64,000 nt of DNA from the sequence record OK283619.1, one strand, 5' to 3'. Of the stretch, positions 35,711-44,920 are shown one piece after another (position 1 is the first letter of the stretch; each line of letters begins with the position of its first letter). Source of the stretch: Escherichia phage LPEK22. The notes under the pieces were generated by a model. It was given only the letters and a program-made list of their open reading frames with translations. It searched no databases and was not told where the DNA came from. The translations under genes and the position numbers were made by a program.

Positions 35711-35765
35711 ATATTCAATAAAAGGGGCAAAAGCCCCTTTACTTCTTCAATAACCCACGTATAAT
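35711..35765 (+). promoter_or_regulatory. terminator hairpin plus early promoter: -35 CTTTAC, 17 bp, -10 TATAAT
   Basis: AAAGGGGC-AAAA-GCCCCTTT hairpin fused to CTTTACttcttcaataacccacgTATAAT. Confidence 0.65.
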
Positions 35766-35813
35766 TCTAAACATAAGCAGTACGACACCAACTTGAAAAG
35801 CAGGAACTACATT

Positions 35814-36089
35814 ATGAAAATCATCCTCGACGCATATATCCGTTACGGCAGCAAATGGTTGATGGCCAAAGTTTACGACGGTGAAGAATTAGTCCACGCC
35901 CAAACCGCCCCTTCTGAACAATTGCGTGAAATTATGAAACGCGATTTTCCTACTGCTGAAATGATTGAACCTGCCAACCAAACCGAAGTTGACAAAGAAT
36001 GGGAACGCGAATGGAGTCCGGCGGCGTTGGCACAATTTGATAAGAATTACAACAATCGCCAAAACGCGTCTCGCCCGTTCCGTCGTTAA
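35814..36089 (+). CDS. hypothetical early protein (92 aa)
   Basis: Start at ATG after conserved AGCAGGAACTACATTATG motif, downstream of early promoter 35737-35765. Confidence 0.5.
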   Translation: MKIILDAYIRYGSKWLMAKVYDGEELVHAQTAPSEQLREIMKRDFPTAEMIEPANQTEVDKEWEREWSPAALAQFDKNYNNRQNASRPFRR

Positions 36090-36167
36090 GAATAAAGGGG
36101 TGTTAGCATCCCTTTCTTTTCGCTAATTAAGGGAAACCGCACCGATTTTATAATCAGGAGAATTACA

Positions 36168-38549
36168 ATGGCCATCCCATCTTTCTTGAACTTTCTTGAA
36201 GAGTCTAAACAATTAGACGAAGCGTTTAACTCATCCCCGTATGAATTGACATTCGGCAAGAAGAACGCTGGCGACATTTTCTTCACATTTGTTGATGAAG
36301 ACGAAAAAGAATTCCGCATCCAATTTTATACCCCGCAGGGGCTGGGCAAGAACGTTCGTCAGGTCTTCATAGGCCAGAAACGTGGTTCGACCTATCCAGA
36401 CGCAATCGGTCGTTTCAAAAACCCAATGCGTGTCATCGCATCCATGATCGAAGCAACAAAGCAATTCATGGCGACGCCTTTGGGGAAAACCATTGACGGC
36501 TTTGCAATTAACTTCTCCAAGAAAGCATTGGAACGTGGTGTTACCCTCCTGCCGAAGATCATCCGTCAGTCCGGCCTGAAGCAGAAGCTCAATGTCATGG
36601 ACCTGACGTATACCCCTATCCCTGATCGTGCATTCGTATGGGTTGTGCGTAAAGGTAAGGATCCTGCTCAGGTATTCGATGGTCCGAAAATGAAAGGCGT
36701 GACTTGGGACGACCCAGACAAAGTCGGTGACGTTCCTGACCAGAAAAATAATCCTGATGTGGGTGTATCATCTTCTGTTGATGATTCCAACGGCTGGAAA
36801 TTAACTTCAGACGGGAATCAGCCTATGATGATATGGAGTGGTAGAGAGAAAGGTCGCTTAGTCACGGCAAATATCGCCCCTCACTACAATGAGCCTGGTG
36901 TGTATGTTGGTGCCTACATGAATGAGAAATCTGTGCGCGGACAAAGTGCTGATTTTATTGCTCGTCAGTTGAAATTACCGCAAGTCCCTATCAGTATCCT
37001 GAATGATTTTACCACGGCGTCCACAAAATTCTGGAAAGGTTCTCAACAGAAATCTGCGCCTGTAGATTCCAACACCACAATCGGTGCAACCAGCATCGAA
37101 CAACTGATCGACAGCGGTTTCGTCGCCCGTGTGTTGGGTATCATTGATACCAACATTGATCAGAAAGCAAGCTACCTCCCAGGAGAAAGCATTAAGAAAA
37201 TCGGACAGGCGCGTTATCAAACCAAAGGCGGTCTAGTGATCATTGTCAGCTTCGATTCGGTCGACGGTAAGAATCTGAAGTACAGCGTGTTCTCTGAGAT
37301 CGAAACTCAACCTGGTGTCATCTCTGGTGATGCTCGTCGGGTGGCAAACGAAGTCATGGAAACCATCACATACGTGGCTGAACATCAGTATCGCGGTGAA
37401 TGGGAAATCAACGCAGTGCCGATGAGCGCTCCATACCCTATCAAGTCCATCCGTCATTCTCGGGGCTGGGGCTATGTAGAGACCGCAAATTGGACTCTGA
37501 AAATAGCCGATGCGGTTCTGAATCGCGTGAAACCAGGGAATACCGCTCTGTTGGAACTCAACAAAGAGCCTCTGCGCGGCAAGCACCTTCTGGAAATCAT
37601 TCCAGAGAAGGGCGACAAGACTCTGATGCTAAAAGATCGCAGCGGAGCCATCTACGGTTCCATTGATCTGAATGCTCAGGGTGCGGATCTGGTCAACTCC
37701 GGAACCCTGAAAATCCCGAGCAACGCCATGGTATTTGGTGAGACTGTTAATGGTATGTCTGTCACATGGACTGGCGTCAATTTCCCGAAAGGCGGGAAGT
37801 ATGACGGCGCGGTGTTGACAACTAATGTGACCTATTACTACGACAAAGGTAAAGTAGCATTCACTCCGATGGTCTCTAACAAAGGTCGCACCCTGAACAA
37901 TCCGAAAACATATGAACTTCCTTTGAAGAAAGAATTTGTTCAAGGTGTTCTTGATGATACCTCTGACGAGATGAGTATGGTGACGAGGAACATGCAGACC
38001 CTCGTCAGCACGAATTACAACCCGAAACAAGTCTTCCTCAATGATATCTACGTGGACGACAGCGGCGCGGTGCTCTGGCGCGGCCACAACATGGGTGATC
38101 GCCGTACGACAGAGATCATGCTAAACGCCATAAGCAAAGAAACCGAACGTCTGGAAAAAGAACCAGGGACTACCAAGAAGACGGGTGTCGACCTCGCAAC
38201 ATATGCTGGTTCTATCCGCGACAATGCTCCGAAAGGGCGCGATCTGGATTGGCAGATCTATGCAAGCCGTGATGGTCAAACACTGAACGTGGACTGGGAT
38301 ATCACTTTCCGTCGCAATACGACCGAAGGAGCATATCGTGAATTCAAGGATCAGATCAACCGTGCCAACCAATACCTGCAAACGGTATACAACGACGCGA
38401 AATCTAAAGGCTATAATCCTACCGTGCCAAATCTCATGACTCTTGAACGCGCTCGCCAATCCGACGAATGGGCTGTGAGTAATGGTGATAGTGCATACAG
38501 TGAATATGAACAATCGCTGGGTGGTAATCTTCAGATTAGTCTGAAATAA
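36168..38549 (+). CDS. large hypothetical protein (793 aa)
   Basis: Long ORF with AGGAG RBS; no motif recognised. Confidence 0.6.
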   Translation: MAIPSFLNFLEESKQLDEAFNSSPYELTFGKKNAGDIFFTFVDEDEKEFRIQFYTPQGLGKNVRQVFIGQKRGSTYPDAIGRFKNPMRVIASMIEATKQFMATPLGKTIDGFAINFSKKALERGVTLLPKIIRQSGLKQKLNVMDLTYTPIPDRAFVWVVRKGKDPAQVFDGPKMKGVTWDDPDKVGDVPDQKNNPDVGVSSSVDDSNGWKLTSDGNQPMMIWSGREKGRLVTANIAPHYNEPGVYVGAYMNEKSVRGQSADFIARQLKLPQVPISILNDFTTASTKFWKGSQQKSAPVDSNTTIGATSIEQLIDSGFVARVLGIIDTNIDQKASYLPGESIKKIGQARYQTKGGLVIIVSFDSVDGKNLKYSVFSEIETQPGVISGDARRVANEVMETITYVAEHQYRGEWEINAVPMSAPYPIKSIRHSRGWGYVETANWTLKIADAVLNRVKPGNTALLELNKEPLRGKHLLEIIPEKGDKTLMLKDRSGAIYGSIDLNAQGADLVNSGTLKIPSNAMVFGETVNGMSVTWTGVNFPKGGKYDGAVLTTNVTYYYDKGKVAFTPMVSNKGRTLNNPKTYELPLKKEFVQGVLDDTSDEMSMVTRNMQTLVSTNYNPKQVFLNDIYVDDSGAVLWRGHNMGDRRTTEIMLNAISKETERLEKEPGTTKKTGVDLATYAGSIRDNAPKGRDLDWQIYASRDGQTLNVDWDITFRRNTTEGAYREFKDQINRANQYLQTVYNDAKSKGYNPTVPNLMTLERARQSDEWAVSNGDSAYSEYEQSLGGNLQISLK

Positions 38550-38554
38550 GTCAT

Positions 38555-38570
38555 AGCCCCTTCGGGGGCT
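38555..38570 (+). other. UUCG-tetraloop hairpin after the 793-aa gene (no U-tract)
   Basis: AGCCCC-TTCG-GGGGCT; same stem-loop recurs as the terminator after gene 32. Confidence 0.4.
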
Positions 38571-38600
38571 AAATACATCAAAATCCTTAGGAGATCCACG

Positions 38601-39170
38601 ATGAAACCGTTTATCGAATATTTTAAAGAACAAGCTCAACAACCGCAAACTCATGGCGGCATACAAGGCAAAAGTGTAACCATCACCAAACAGGCCGACG
38701 GAACCCAATGGTGTACTGGTGCCACCGTGACCCAGATCACTCCAGATAATCAGGCCGACATCTATAATCTGGAATTGACTAACGGCAACACCACCAAAGT
38801 AAAACTCACACCGGACCAGGTTCATGCGGTTTCTGTGGGCAAAGATGTTGTTGCCGTTCATGACGGTTTTGAGTTCTTCTTTGGGAAAGATGCCAGCAAA
38901 GGTCAGGTCACAGAATCCTATGCCCAAGAATTGGCGAACATGGATAAGATGATCGGTAAAGCGCTGGGCGTTGGCAAATCTCGTAAAAGCGGTCGTACAG
39001 AGTTTGAATATTCCGGTATTCCTGGTATTGGAAAACCTGTCGCAATCGACTTCGGCGGAGAAGACGATCCATATGTAATTGTCACAGTCGCTGGCAAACA
39101 GCATGACATCAGTAAGGGGAAAACCCTAGCTGCGGACATTGCCAAATATATTGGCGTTAAACCTGTCTAA
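38601..39170 (+). CDS. hypothetical protein (189 aa)
   Basis: ORF with AGGAG RBS. Confidence 0.5.
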   Translation: MKPFIEYFKEQAQQPQTHGGIQGKSVTITKQADGTQWCTGATVTQITPDNQADIYNLELTNGNTTKVKLTPDQVHAVSVGKDVVAVHDGFEFFFGKDASKGQVTESYAQELANMDKMIGKALGVGKSRKSGRTEFEYSGIPGIGKPVAIDFGGEDDPYVIVTVAGKQHDISKGKTLAADIAKYIGVKPV

Positions 39171-39179
39171 GGAGGTTGT

Positions 39180-39422
39180 ATGAAAGGATTCCAGGACTTC
39201 CTCTTGAAGGAAGCAAAGGTTGACCATCGCCGCCTTGGGCAGCAGGGCATGTACGACATCACGGATGTTGGTCGTCCAACCAAAGGCGAGCTGATCGATT
39301 ACTACAATCGCAACGGTGATAAGCGGCAGGGGAAAGTGAAGTCCGTGAACGCGCAAGACATCATGACCCTGACAGACACCGACACGGGTGAAACCGTCAA
39401 GATGACTCTGGTCAAGCCGTGA
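39180..39422 (+). CDS. hypothetical protein (80 aa)
   Basis: ORF with GGAGG RBS; followed by strong terminator. Confidence 0.45.
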   Translation: MKGFQDFLLKEAKVDHRRLGQQGMYDITDVGRPTKGELIDYYNRNGDKRQGKVKSVNAQDIMTLTDTDTGETVKMTLVKP

Positions 39423-39426
39423 TTAC

Positions 39427-39458
39427 AATCCCCCTAAATACAGGGGGATTTTCTTTTT
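39427..39458 (+). terminator. rho-independent terminator
   Basis: AATCCCCC...GGGGGATT hairpin followed by TTCTTTTT. Confidence 0.7.
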
Positions 39459-39471
39459 AGGGGTAAATATC

Positions 39472-39825
39472 ATGGTCAATGCGAGTATATTCATCAACCG
39501 TGGACTGCTTGCTATAGCCCACTCTCATGCCCTCCACTTCGTTACAACGTCCTATGCCAAGCACAAGGCACTCGGGGAGTTCTACGGGGAACTGGAGGAC
39601 TTGCTAGACACCTTTACGGAAGCGTATATTGGTGCGGGTGGTATATACATTCCAGGATTCGAGAACATCAAATTGTACAATCCTGAACCGATATCGTATA
39701 TCAACAGCGTGGTCATCGACGTTAATGGGATCTACAATCAGTGTGATAGCCATTTACAAAACACGCTTGACGAAATCAAAACTTTGTGCTATCAAACGAT
39801 TTACAAACTGAAGCAATTGTCCTAA
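39472..39825 (+). CDS. hypothetical protein (117 aa)
   Basis: ORF only. Confidence 0.45.
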   Translation: MVNASIFINRGLLAIAHSHALHFVTTSYAKHKALGEFYGELEDLLDTFTEAYIGAGGIYIPGFENIKLYNPEPISYINSVVIDVNGIYNQCDSHLQNTLDEIKTLCYQTIYKLKQLS

Positions 39826-39888
39826 CTCAATAGGATCATCGTCAGGTTATAATTTTGCCCATTCGTCATCAATAGGATACAGATAACA

Positions 39889-40506
39889 ATGGGCAAAATC
39901 TTTATACCTTCTCACTCAGAAGGTTGTCAAATCGCTGCAAAATTTCTACACAAACAAATGAATTGTGGTGCTGTGTTCGTAGAACCAAATTCATTCGATA
40001 ATCGTGAATCCCCTGACGCCATCGGGTTCAGACCTGGGGGTTGTTCTATATTAATGGAAGTTAAAGTCTCCCGCGCCGACTTCCTGACAGACAAAAAGAA
40101 ACCTCATCGCATGAATCCTTCCATAGGCATGGGAGCATATCGTTTCTATGTTTGCCCAGCAGATGTTATTAAAATTGAAGACCTCCCTCCCAAGTGGGGT
40201 TTGTTGTACTTCACCCCTAGAAAATCTTTGAAGCCCGTTCACGTTCCGAATATGCAATATTCCTCTTTGTCTTCACCGGAACATTATGCATCATATTTGT
40301 CTAAATCTTTGGACAAAAGAAGACCTACAGATATCCCTCATTATCTATTAGGGTACAAACAGATGCTGGAAGAATTCGCCCACTTTGAACGCAATCAGGT
40401 TGCGGAACAAAATATTTTGTATGGGGCTTGGCGACAGCTTTGCATAGCTCAAAGTCGCGGGGTGGATTATAATGTGACAGAAGTGTTCCAGAGGCCAAAT
40501 ATCTAA
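39889..40506 (+). CDS. hypothetical protein, possible PD-(D/E)xK nuclease fold
   Basis: DAIGFRPGGCSILMEVKVS resembles a D...ExK nuclease motif (weak); directly upstream of primase. Confidence 0.35.
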   Translation: MGKIFIPSHSEGCQIAAKFLHKQMNCGAVFVEPNSFDNRESPDAIGFRPGGCSILMEVKVSRADFLTDKKKPHRMNPSIGMGAYRFYVCPADVIKIEDLPPKWGLLYFTPRKSLKPVHVPNMQYSSLSSPEHYASYLSKSLDKRRPTDIPHYLLGYKQMLEEFAHFERNQVAEQNILYGAWRQLCIAQSRGVDYNVTEVFQRPNI

Positions 40507-41570
40507 TGAAATTCTTGGACGAACAATACATCAATTTTCTCGCCCCCCGACTTGATAAATTCAGCTGGGAACGTGTTGGCGCTGTCGCCAAATTTCGTTG
40601 CCCATTATGCGGGGATTCTAAGAAGAGTGCCAACAAGCGTCGTGGTCACTTCTTTTATGATCGTGATGACGATGTGTTTCGTTTCAAGTGCCACAACTGT
40701 AATGAAATGAGCGGTTGGGCGTTTGAATTCTGGTTGAAGAAGTTTGACGAGCGTCTGTATAATGAATACAACCTTGAAAAATTCAGGATCATGGGGGATA
40801 CCAGTTCCCGCCCGTTACAAAAACTCAAACCATTACAGCGCCTGACCCAGACAGCACGTATCGGTTCTCAGGTCGCCAAACGGGATGAAGAGCACCTTGG
40901 GAATATGATACGCCTTGATCTTCTTGACCGTGATCATATCGCCCGTCGTTATGTTGAAGGCAGGGGAATGCCGGAGAGCACGTTATCTTTGTTGTATTAC
41001 AGCAGAAATTTTCGTCAAGATCTTCTGAGTTTTGAAACGGATGTTGAGAAGCAAAAGAAGATACCCGAAGATGAGCGGCTGGTAATCCCATTCTGGACCC
41101 AAGACGGGCGCATGAAGATAGTTCAGGGGCGCGCATTCGGCGATAACCTTCCTGATGGGGTATTACGGTATGCCACTGTCAAGCCTAAGAACGAAGACAC
41201 TAAAATCTACGGGGAAGAGCGCATCATTTGGAACAAAACAAAGTTGGTAGTAGAAGGTCCAATTGATAGCTTGTTTCTACCTAATTGTCTTGCGACTGCC
41301 GATGCCGACTTATTAAGTGCTAAGGGAGACATCTATATCCCCGATAACCAATACAGGAACAAACAAGTTTGTGACGGTATACAGAAGATGATAGACAGCG
41401 GAGTCAAAGTCGTTCTGTTTCCACCGGAAATACCGTGGAAGGATATCAATGATATGGTTCGCCCCGACAAGGGAAATATCCCGATACGTGATCTGCTTCA
41501 GATCATAGCCAAGAACGTATATCAGGGACTGTCGGCGTCCTTACGATTTTCTGACTTGAGGAAGATATGA
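40506..41570 (+). CDS. 61: DNA primase (gp61-like)
   Basis: Zinc ribbon FRCPLCGDSK...CHNCN, VVEGPIDSLF, KDINDM; collinear with T4 gp61. Confidence 0.9.
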   Translation: MKFLDEQYINFLAPRLDKFSWERVGAVAKFRCPLCGDSKKSANKRRGHFFYDRDDDVFRFKCHNCNEMSGWAFEFWLKKFDERLYNEYNLEKFRIMGDTSSRPLQKLKPLQRLTQTARIGSQVAKRDEEHLGNMIRLDLLDRDHIARRYVEGRGMPESTLSLLYYSRNFRQDLLSFETDVEKQKKIPEDERLVIPFWTQDGRMKIVQGRAFGDNLPDGVLRYATVKPKNEDTKIYGEERIIWNKTKLVVEGPIDSLFLPNCLATADADLLSAKGDIYIPDNQYRNKQVCDGIQKMIDSGVKVVLFPPEIPWKDINDMVRPDKGNIPIRDLLQIIAKNVYQGLSASLRFSDLRKI

Positions 41571-41776
41571 TGGATTTGAAAGAACTGAATAGTATGGACG
41601 ATGAAGAGATTCTTCGCGGGTATATGCAAGCCCGTGAAGGATATGTCCTATCTGGCTTAGAATCTAAGAGTTTCATCCATGGTTGGAGGAATGGAATGGT
41701 GGACTTCGGCGGTTGTCCTATCACTGAAGAACAAATGGATTTGGCTCGCCAGTATTTGAAAAAGAAGCCGACCTAA
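41567..41776 (+). CDS. hypothetical protein (69 aa)
   Basis: ATGA overlap with primase gene. Confidence 0.4.
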   Translation: MMDLKELNSMDDEEILRGYMQAREGYVLSGLESKSFIHGWRNGMVDFGGCPITEEQMDLARQYLKKKPT

Positions 41777-41804
41777 AACTTTTTAACTCAAATTATTTCC
41801 CTTC

Positions 41805-41829
41805 AGGCCTCATTCTACGAGGCCTTTTA
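41805..41829 (+). terminator. rho-independent terminator
   Basis: AGGCCTC-ATTCTAC-GAGGCCT hairpin followed by TTTT. Confidence 0.6.
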
Positions 41830-41868
41830 AAATACTTCAAAAATAATTTAAAAATTTATTGAAAAAGA

Positions 41869-41898
41869 CTTTACTCTTCAATAATCATGCACTATTAT
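41869..41898 (+). promoter_or_regulatory. early promoter: -35 CTTTAC, 18 bp, -10 TATTAT
   Basis: Same CTTTAC-tcTTCAATAA spacer architecture; preceded by terminator at 41805-41829. Confidence 0.55.
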
Positions 41899-41975
41899 AG
41901 TTCACATAGGGCGGTACACAACACCCCGCCGAATGAAAAGTGAAACGACCCAACTACATTATGAGGAATTACATC

Positions 41976-42464
41976 ATGGCTACTACCAAAACTCTGATCA
42001 CCAACGGCACCATCTCTTTTGAACTGAACACCGAAGTTGCAAAAGTTGAAATGTTCCGCATCGCTCAGGCAGCTGGCTTCACTGGTGGCAAAACTTCCTT
42101 CATGAATCTGCTGAACGGCAAAGTGAAAGCGACCAACGGCTTCACCCTGGTAGAGCAGGTTGTCGTAGACAAAGCCGTGGTTGCCAAAACTGCTGACAAG
42201 GTTGGCATGCTGAAAGACCTGGGCCATGACATCCACGTTGTCGAAGCGAACACCGAAACTTACGGCACCATCGTAGTCGGCAAAGGCCGCATTCAGCTGA
42301 ACCCGCTGAACAACGGAACCTTCTCCGTGATGGTATTCCCGAAAAAGGGTTATGACAACAGTGATATCGTGAAAGCGGCTGGTGGCGAAGCAAAAGCTCA
42401 GTACGTCAAAATGGGTAAACTGACCGCCAAAGACGTTCAGACCCTGGTAAGCAAACTGGCTTAA
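41976..42464 (+). CDS. hypothetical early protein (162 aa)
   Basis: Start at ATG after conserved initiation motif, downstream of early promoter 41869-41898; Ala/Val/Gly/Lys-rich. Confidence 0.55.
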   Translation: MATTKTLITNGTISFELNTEVAKVEMFRIAQAAGFTGGKTSFMNLLNGKVKATNGFTLVEQVVVDKAVVAKTADKVGMLKDLGHDIHVVEANTETYGTIVVGKGRIQLNPLNNGTFSVMVFPKKGYDNSDIVKAAGGEAKAQYVKMGKLTAKDVQTLVSKLA

Positions 42465-42471
42465 TCGAAAG

Positions 42472-42482
42472 GGGGGGGGGGG
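42472..42482. repeat. homopolymeric G tract (11 G)
   Basis: GGGGGGGGGGG immediately after the stop of gene 41976-42464, followed by AAACTCCCCTCC. Confidence 0.8.
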
Positions 42483-42523
42483 AAACTCCCCTCCTTATTC
42501 AGATTTTTGGTAGGAGATTCAAA

Positions 42524-42646
42524 ATGGACGAAGAAGTTCTGTATTGCCCGCATTGTGGTTCGGAAATGGAATTTGAAGACGGTGATTGCCCGCATTGCGG
42601 TGAGCACATGGACTCCTGGAAAGATAGTGAAGGAGACGACGAATGA
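42524..42646 (+). CDS. zinc-ribbon mini-protein (40 aa), below ORF-track cutoff
   Basis: Translated manually: MDEEVLYCPHCGSEMEFEDGDCPHCGEHMDSWKDSEGDDE; RBS TAGGAG. Confidence 0.4.
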   Translation: MDEEVLYCPHCGSEMEFEDGDCPHCGEHMDSWKDSEGDDE

Positions 42647-42840
42647 CCGCATACGAAATGTGCATCAACAACATCGCATTCACTTTGTTCAACCGCAACC
42701 CGAACATGGTGAACTCAAGCCCCCCGAGCGCATTCGATTTCTCCCTCGGGCTGGCAGTGGGGTTCTGTAAGGACGCTCAGGAAGTGGTGATGGACATCGC
42801 CGCTGCCGTCGCTAAACTCCAGAGGGAGGAAGCAGCATGA
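42643..42840 (+). CDS. hypothetical small protein (65 aa)
   Basis: ATGA overlap with upstream mini-ORF. Confidence 0.3.
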   Translation: MTAYEMCINNIAFTLFNRNPNMVNSSPPSAFDFSLGLAVGFCKDAQEVVMDIAAAVAKLQREEAA

Positions 42841-43025
42841 GCCGGGCAGTCATTCAAGCCTCTTCAGGCGCTCTATGGGTTGCCGACCGAATTCCCAACG
42901 CGCACTTTCCTCAGTTCCAAGAGGAACTGGAACAAGCGATGTTGAAAATATTTGAAAAATATGGGTATGATTCCGAAGTTAGGACTTCCTTCAAAGAAAT
43001 CATGCCTGTCGTCGTAGTCAGATAA
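42837..43025 (+). CDS. hypothetical small protein (62 aa)
   Basis: ATGA overlap. Confidence 0.3.
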   Translation: MSRAVIQASSGALWVADRIPNAHFPQFQEELEQAMLKIFEKYGYDSEVRTSFKEIMPVVVVR

Positions 43026-43094
43026 TCGACACTAAATCCTCAAGTTCGACTTTCACTTTAAATACCTTCGCATACATTGCGGAGGTATTTTCTT

Positions 43095-43889
43095 ATGGCC
43101 ATTCTAAAACTTGGCAACCGAGGTTCTGAAGTCAAAGCACTTCAACAAAGCCTCAACAAAATCGGTTTCTCCCTTACAGCCGATGGCATATTTGGTAAGG
43201 CAACAGAGAATGCTGTCAAATCCGTTCAGGCAGGTGCTGGATTGGTTATTGATGGTATTGCTGGACCAAAGACCTTCTATGCTATCCGCAACGCTGGAGA
43301 CGCTCATCAGGAACATCTGACCGAAGCGGACTTGGTTGACGCAGCACGTGAACTTGGTGTTGAGCTGGCCAGTATGAAAGCGGTGAACCAGGTAGAATCC
43401 CGTGGCACGGGTTTTACCAAAACTGGCAAGATCAAAACTCTGTTTGAGCGCCACATCATGTACAAAAAGGTGACGGCCAAATTCGGGCAAGCAAGAGCCA
43501 ATGCTCTGTACCAACTCTACCCAACATTGGTTAACCCCAATTCTGGCGGGTATATCGGCGGAGACGCGGAGTTGGAACGCCTTCAGGGTGCAATCACCCT
43601 TGACGAGGACTGCGCTTACGAGAGTGCTTCCTACGGCCTATTCCAGATCATGGGGTTCAACTGCCAAATCTGTGGATATCCAAATGCCAAAGAGATGTTC
43701 ACTGATTTCCTGACTGGTGAACGCGCTCACCTTCTGGCATTTGTCAAGTTCATCAAGGCTGATGCCAATATGTGGAAAGCCCTGAAGAACAAGAATTGGG
43801 CCGAGTTTGCTCGTCGGTACAATGGTCCGGCATATGCGAAAAACCAGTATGATACTAAACTGGCGGCAGCATACAAGAGTTTCTGCTAA
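43095..43889 (+). CDS. endolysin: N-terminal peptidoglycan-binding domain plus C-terminal muramidase-like domain
   Basis: PG_binding_1-like LKLGNRGSEVKALQQSLNKIGF...DGIFGKATENAV...DGIAGPKT; C-terminal ES/GLFQ block; track start TTG, ATG with GGAGG RBS chosen. Confidence 0.7.
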   Translation: MAILKLGNRGSEVKALQQSLNKIGFSLTADGIFGKATENAVKSVQAGAGLVIDGIAGPKTFYAIRNAGDAHQEHLTEADLVDAARELGVELASMKAVNQVESRGTGFTKTGKIKTLFERHIMYKKVTAKFGQARANALYQLYPTLVNPNSGGYIGGDAELERLQGAITLDEDCAYESASYGLFQIMGFNCQICGYPNAKEMFTDFLTGERAHLLAFVKFIKADANMWKALKNKNWAEFARRYNGPAYAKNQYDTKLAAAYKSFC

Positions 43890-43895
43890 TTCTCA

Positions 43896-43918
43896 AGGCC
43901 GGAAACGGCCTTTTTCTT
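43896..43918 (+). terminator. rho-independent terminator after endolysin
   Basis: AGGCCG-GAAA-CGGCCT hairpin followed by TTTTTC. Confidence 0.65.
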
Positions 43919-43996
43919 TATCTGATATACAGGTATGCTGGGCGTGTCGCTTAATTAAAGGTGTCGACAACCCCTGTAGATATAGGAAGGTTCAAC

Positions 43997-44836
43997 ATGC
44001 AATCTGCGTCTAAAGTTGTATCCATGAAGCCAGCGAAGACAAAATCTGCTCGTAAGAAAGAAACCATCCAGAAGGAAGAAGACTGGATGAAATTTTCTAA
44101 AGGTGATTTCAAAATTGCTCCGTTCAATGGCCTCTCAGAAAATCAGAACCTCGCATATCAATCCGCATTAAACGAACACCTCACTATCGCTATCGGTCCG
44201 GCAGGTACAGGCAAATCCTATTGTGGTGCATCTGCTGCAGCAAAACATCTGATAGACAAAACCATCAACAAGATTATCATCACACGTTCTCCCCTTCCAA
44301 CTGGCACCACAGCAGGGTTCCGGCCTGGTGACACATATGAAAAGCTGATGCCTTATTTGATGCCGCTCATACAGACATTCAAAAAGGTTCTCAAAACAGA
44401 TACGGGTTCCGACGGTTTCTTCAACTATCTGTGGGAGAAACGCATCATAGAAATTCAAGACCTTGAAACTGTAAAAGGGATGACTTTCGATGATTGTTTC
44501 CTGATTATCGAAGAGGCGCAGGAATGCGATATGGAGCAGCTGAAGAACTTGTTGACTCGCGCTTCAGATTCTTCGTACATCTTCGTGAATGGAGATATCA
44601 AACAGTCTAACAAGCGACTGCGTGATAGTGCGTTACAGACGTATGTGGATTCCTTTAAAGACTTCAACAACAAGCTGGAAACAGGTTCCTTGCAAATTGA
44701 CGGTGTAGAAATCGGGGATGAATATCCAGAGTGGGTTCAACCATTCAGCATCATCGAATTCGATAAGTCTGATCGTAATGGTCGCGGCAACTTCACCCGC
44801 CTGATGTTAGAAATTAACGACCTGTACAACATTTAA
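43997..44836 (+). CDS. phoH: PhoH-like ATPase
   Basis: Walker A GPAGTGKS, RP...LPTG, Walker B/LTR block IIEEAQE...LTRA...VNGDIKQSN. Confidence 0.85.
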   Translation: MQSASKVVSMKPAKTKSARKKETIQKEEDWMKFSKGDFKIAPFNGLSENQNLAYQSALNEHLTIAIGPAGTGKSYCGASAAAKHLIDKTINKIIITRSPLPTGTTAGFRPGDTYEKLMPYLMPLIQTFKKVLKTDTGSDGFFNYLWEKRIIEIQDLETVKGMTFDDCFLIIEEAQECDMEQLKNLLTRASDSSYIFVNGDIKQSNKRLRDSALQTYVDSFKDFNNKLETGSLQIDGVEIGDEYPEWVQPFSIIEFDKSDRNGRGNFTRLMLEINDLYNI

Positions 44837-44920
44837 ATACCACACGAACTTCCCCGCCGCCTTCAATCCATGGAGGCGGCGTATAATAACAGCCTGCATA
44901 AACACAAACCGAGGATCGCT

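Noticed and set aside
35793-35813. Shared N-terminal peptide M(K/N)SRNYIM at ORFs 35793, 41940 and 48691
   Set aside because: Product of a conserved nucleotide motif containing an in-frame ATG; the same motif at gene 106 has the upstream ATG out of frame, so the conservation is at RNA level and the downstream ATG is the likely start.
38121-39104. 327-aa minus-strand ORF
   Set aside because: Fully antisense to two well-supported + strand genes (36168-38549 and 38601-39170) with their own RBSs; no RBS or promoter of its own.
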